Assembly (NCBI GenBank): GCA_051362555.1
Contig: CM120644.1
Coordinates: 14,468,534 to 14,532,533, forward strand
DNA length: 64,000 nt
Direction of reading: 5' to 3'
From: Lingula anatina
Taxonomy: Eukaryota > Animalia > Brachiopoda
Part shown: positions 61,752 through 64,000 of the stretch, piece after piece
How the letters are laid out: every line of letters starts with the position of its first letter
How positions within the stretch are numbered: the stretch's first letter is position 1
Notes under the pieces: model-generated
Seen by the model: only the letters and a program-made list of their open reading frames with translations
What the model was told of the DNA's origin: nothing
Database searches by the model: none
Translations under genes and position numbers: made by a program

Positions 61752-64000
61752 TAAATAGAAAAATGTACACTGCGATTTATTCTGCAAGCTGGGGTATGTG
61801 GGGAATGTGGGGAATGTGGGTCACCATCCCAATATGCCATTGTTCTATTCTAATAAATAATAAAAAATAAAAAATAAATAATGAATTTCCGTCCAAAATT
61901 CTGGGGGCATTTGAATATCAAGATTTTTAATTTTACAATATCAAATTGTTGAACGGAATTTTTGATTCACTATGGTTTGCATTTACGAGCAATGACTAAT
62001 TTCGAAACAAAATGCTGACTTTATCTATTTCAATTTTAAATGGCAAATATTACCAACCTCTCCGTTCATAAAACAGTAAAATGCCGCTGCGCACAACCCC
62101 TGGAATACATACAAAATGACTAATTATAATGATATCAATAAATAAACTAACCATTGAAGATTAATAATCCTCACTTCATATCTTTGCACCAAGTATTCAA
62201 ATTACATTTAGCGATTGAAATTAGGTTAAAAATCGACGTTTTTCCCTATTTTATATTAAAAGTGCATTTCTTTCTAAGCAAATTTTTCAAATACAGCACT
62301 TAAATGTACGCGCGGATTATAATAAACGATTGGTCTACCTGCAGTGACGTCAGAACAGCCACGCAGAAAAAGAAAATCATCCTCGTCACCCGGTCATTGC
62401 TTGGAGGGATGACGAAGAAAATGTAGGCCACTCCAAGAAGCAAAACAAGCAGAGTTGTCGCTCGGACAGCTTTACTGTAAGACAAAAAACTCGTTTTATT
62501 CCTGCAAAAAGAAATGAGTTTACGTTCACTTGCTCATATGTTAAAAGAGAAAAGAAAAAAAGTTTAAGTTAAATGGGATTCAAAGACTAAGGGATACATG
62601 ATTTTATAGAAAACAAATTTTGGTGGGTTGTAAGTGAAGGCAAATCCCCTTTTCTCAAGAAAGGATTAAAGGTACTACTTTCATGTCACGTATATACATA
62701 TTATTTCGATATCAGTTTTTTGACTGATCTATCCGAAAAAGCAAAATATTCAGGGAATGGATAGTATTTGTTTGTGCGAGCCTGTGCCACAAGGAATCGC
62801 AAGTCCGGTGTAAAAAATAGATTTGGATCTTTAAATCTATCTCTGTTGGTATTTATTGTGCGGCAAATGCAAACAAGAAAGAGTTTTTTTCTCAACAATG
62901 TAAGTTAATCACCGACTCCTTTAAAAGGCAACGGTATTAAACACATTTTCTAAAACGGATATCATGGATACTTACGTGTATTGGCCCCCATCAAAGTTTT
63001 GGGAAGAATTGATTTTGGAGACAAGCACCCAAATGATGGAAAACAGAAATACCAGGTTCACCTGAAGGGGAACAAAATAAGTCCATACTGTGATGTTGAG
63101 TGAATCTTATTAGTCATGATTCAGTAGAATAAAAATGAGAAATATATTTAATTCTGATACTGGAACTTACAATGATGGTGCAGAGTGAAGGCAATAGAAA
63201 GGGGCAGTAAAGAGGCCATGAGAGAGAGAGCGCGCGCGCGTGAGAGAGAGAGAGAGCACTTACCCCTATAACTGTCAAGTTTGGAGCATATATTATGAAG
63301 TCCAAGGCATCACTCGAGCCGTGCAGGGTAATCCAACAACTGAAAACCCCAAAATTATGAAAGTGATTATCATTCTACTGTAAGTTTATACGTACATGTA
63401 TGTATACTGAAAATCAAAGAATCAGTACCGGTACAAGTATAGTTAATCAGATTTTAATTTTTTTTACTCTAAACAGTTTAATTCGAAATCTTCATTCAAA
63501 ATCAACAGTATTAAACAATATCAGAGACGTTACTTCGCATCTACCGAGCGCCTCTTTTCACTATACGTGCTTCTATATTTGACATAAAATCCCTTCACAT
63601 TTATAAAATCTATGCATTAATACTTACTCTTTGTTTTGTTTGTTATACTTGGCAATAGCCCATATAATTACGAAGAACCAAGGACAGCCTGTAAAATAAA
63701 TAAATAAATAAATAAATAAAGCACATGCTGTCTTGTTCGATTGCACAGTGTATAAAATGTAAACATCGAAACGACAGGATTCATTGGTTAAATAAGTTTT
63801 TTTTTTATTTTATTTCAAATCTATAACTGAAAGATAACACCATATCCATTTTGTCTGAGATGGCCTCTTTACTTACACCAACCGATGAGAGCGAAGATCC
63901 AGATGTTGAGCTTTTCGGCGGAGTAGACCCAGAACACCATAATATGAAGGTAAAGCCCTTCCATTAACATCCAGAAGAAGTTAGCTATGGTACTGTAGTG
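61396..64000 (-). CDS. Class B1 (secretin-family) GPCR, CRF/DH44-receptor-like; 3' part from TM3 to the C-terminus, 5' exons outside the window
   Basis: Exons 63877-64000 (ANFFWMLMEGLYLH..IGW), 63628-63688 (CPWFFVIIWA), 63264-63339 (CWI..FIIYAP), 62976-63061 (VNLVFLFSIIWVLVSK), 62339-62474 (KAVRAT..LLGVAY..SLQ), 62058-62099 (42-bp exon GLCAAAFYCFMNGE), 61396-61683 (VQATIKRRFHHWQD..; cf. CRHR VRSAIRKRWHRWQD). Phases are consistent. Confidence 0.92.

Overview
AT-rich, intron-rich animal genomic DNA; the repeat content suggests a marine invertebrate, probably a lophotrochozoan (inference). Bases 1-9137 are the edge of a ~362-bp satellite array (~25 monomers); all ORFs there are artefacts. Three spliced genes could be assembled by hand with GT-AG, phase-consistent exons. 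(1) An 8-exon, 338-aa aldo-keto reductase on the minus strand (43181->21316). Its 16.8-kb third intron holds a foldback Tc1 derivative, an RTE tail, Helentron-type repeats, a tRNA-containing LTR with a polypurine tract, a full-length but decayed Ngaro/DIRS-type tyrosine-recombinase retrotransposon and a decayed MULE transposase. (2) A divergently transcribed SLC24/NCKX exchanger on the plus strand (47604->56587), with two tandem-duplicated, frame-incompatible versions of the exon encoding the second half of the alpha-1 ion-binding repeat (predicted mutually exclusive exons). (3) The 3' half of a CRF/DH44-receptor-like class B1 GPCR on the minus strand (64000->61396), whose TM6 PxxG proline is replaced by Leu. 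Many MITEs are present, including a near-perfect inverted pair of 629-bp TTAA elements between the two divergent genes and a MULE-type MITE inserted into an older copy of itself. All coordinates were read by eye and no database search was run.
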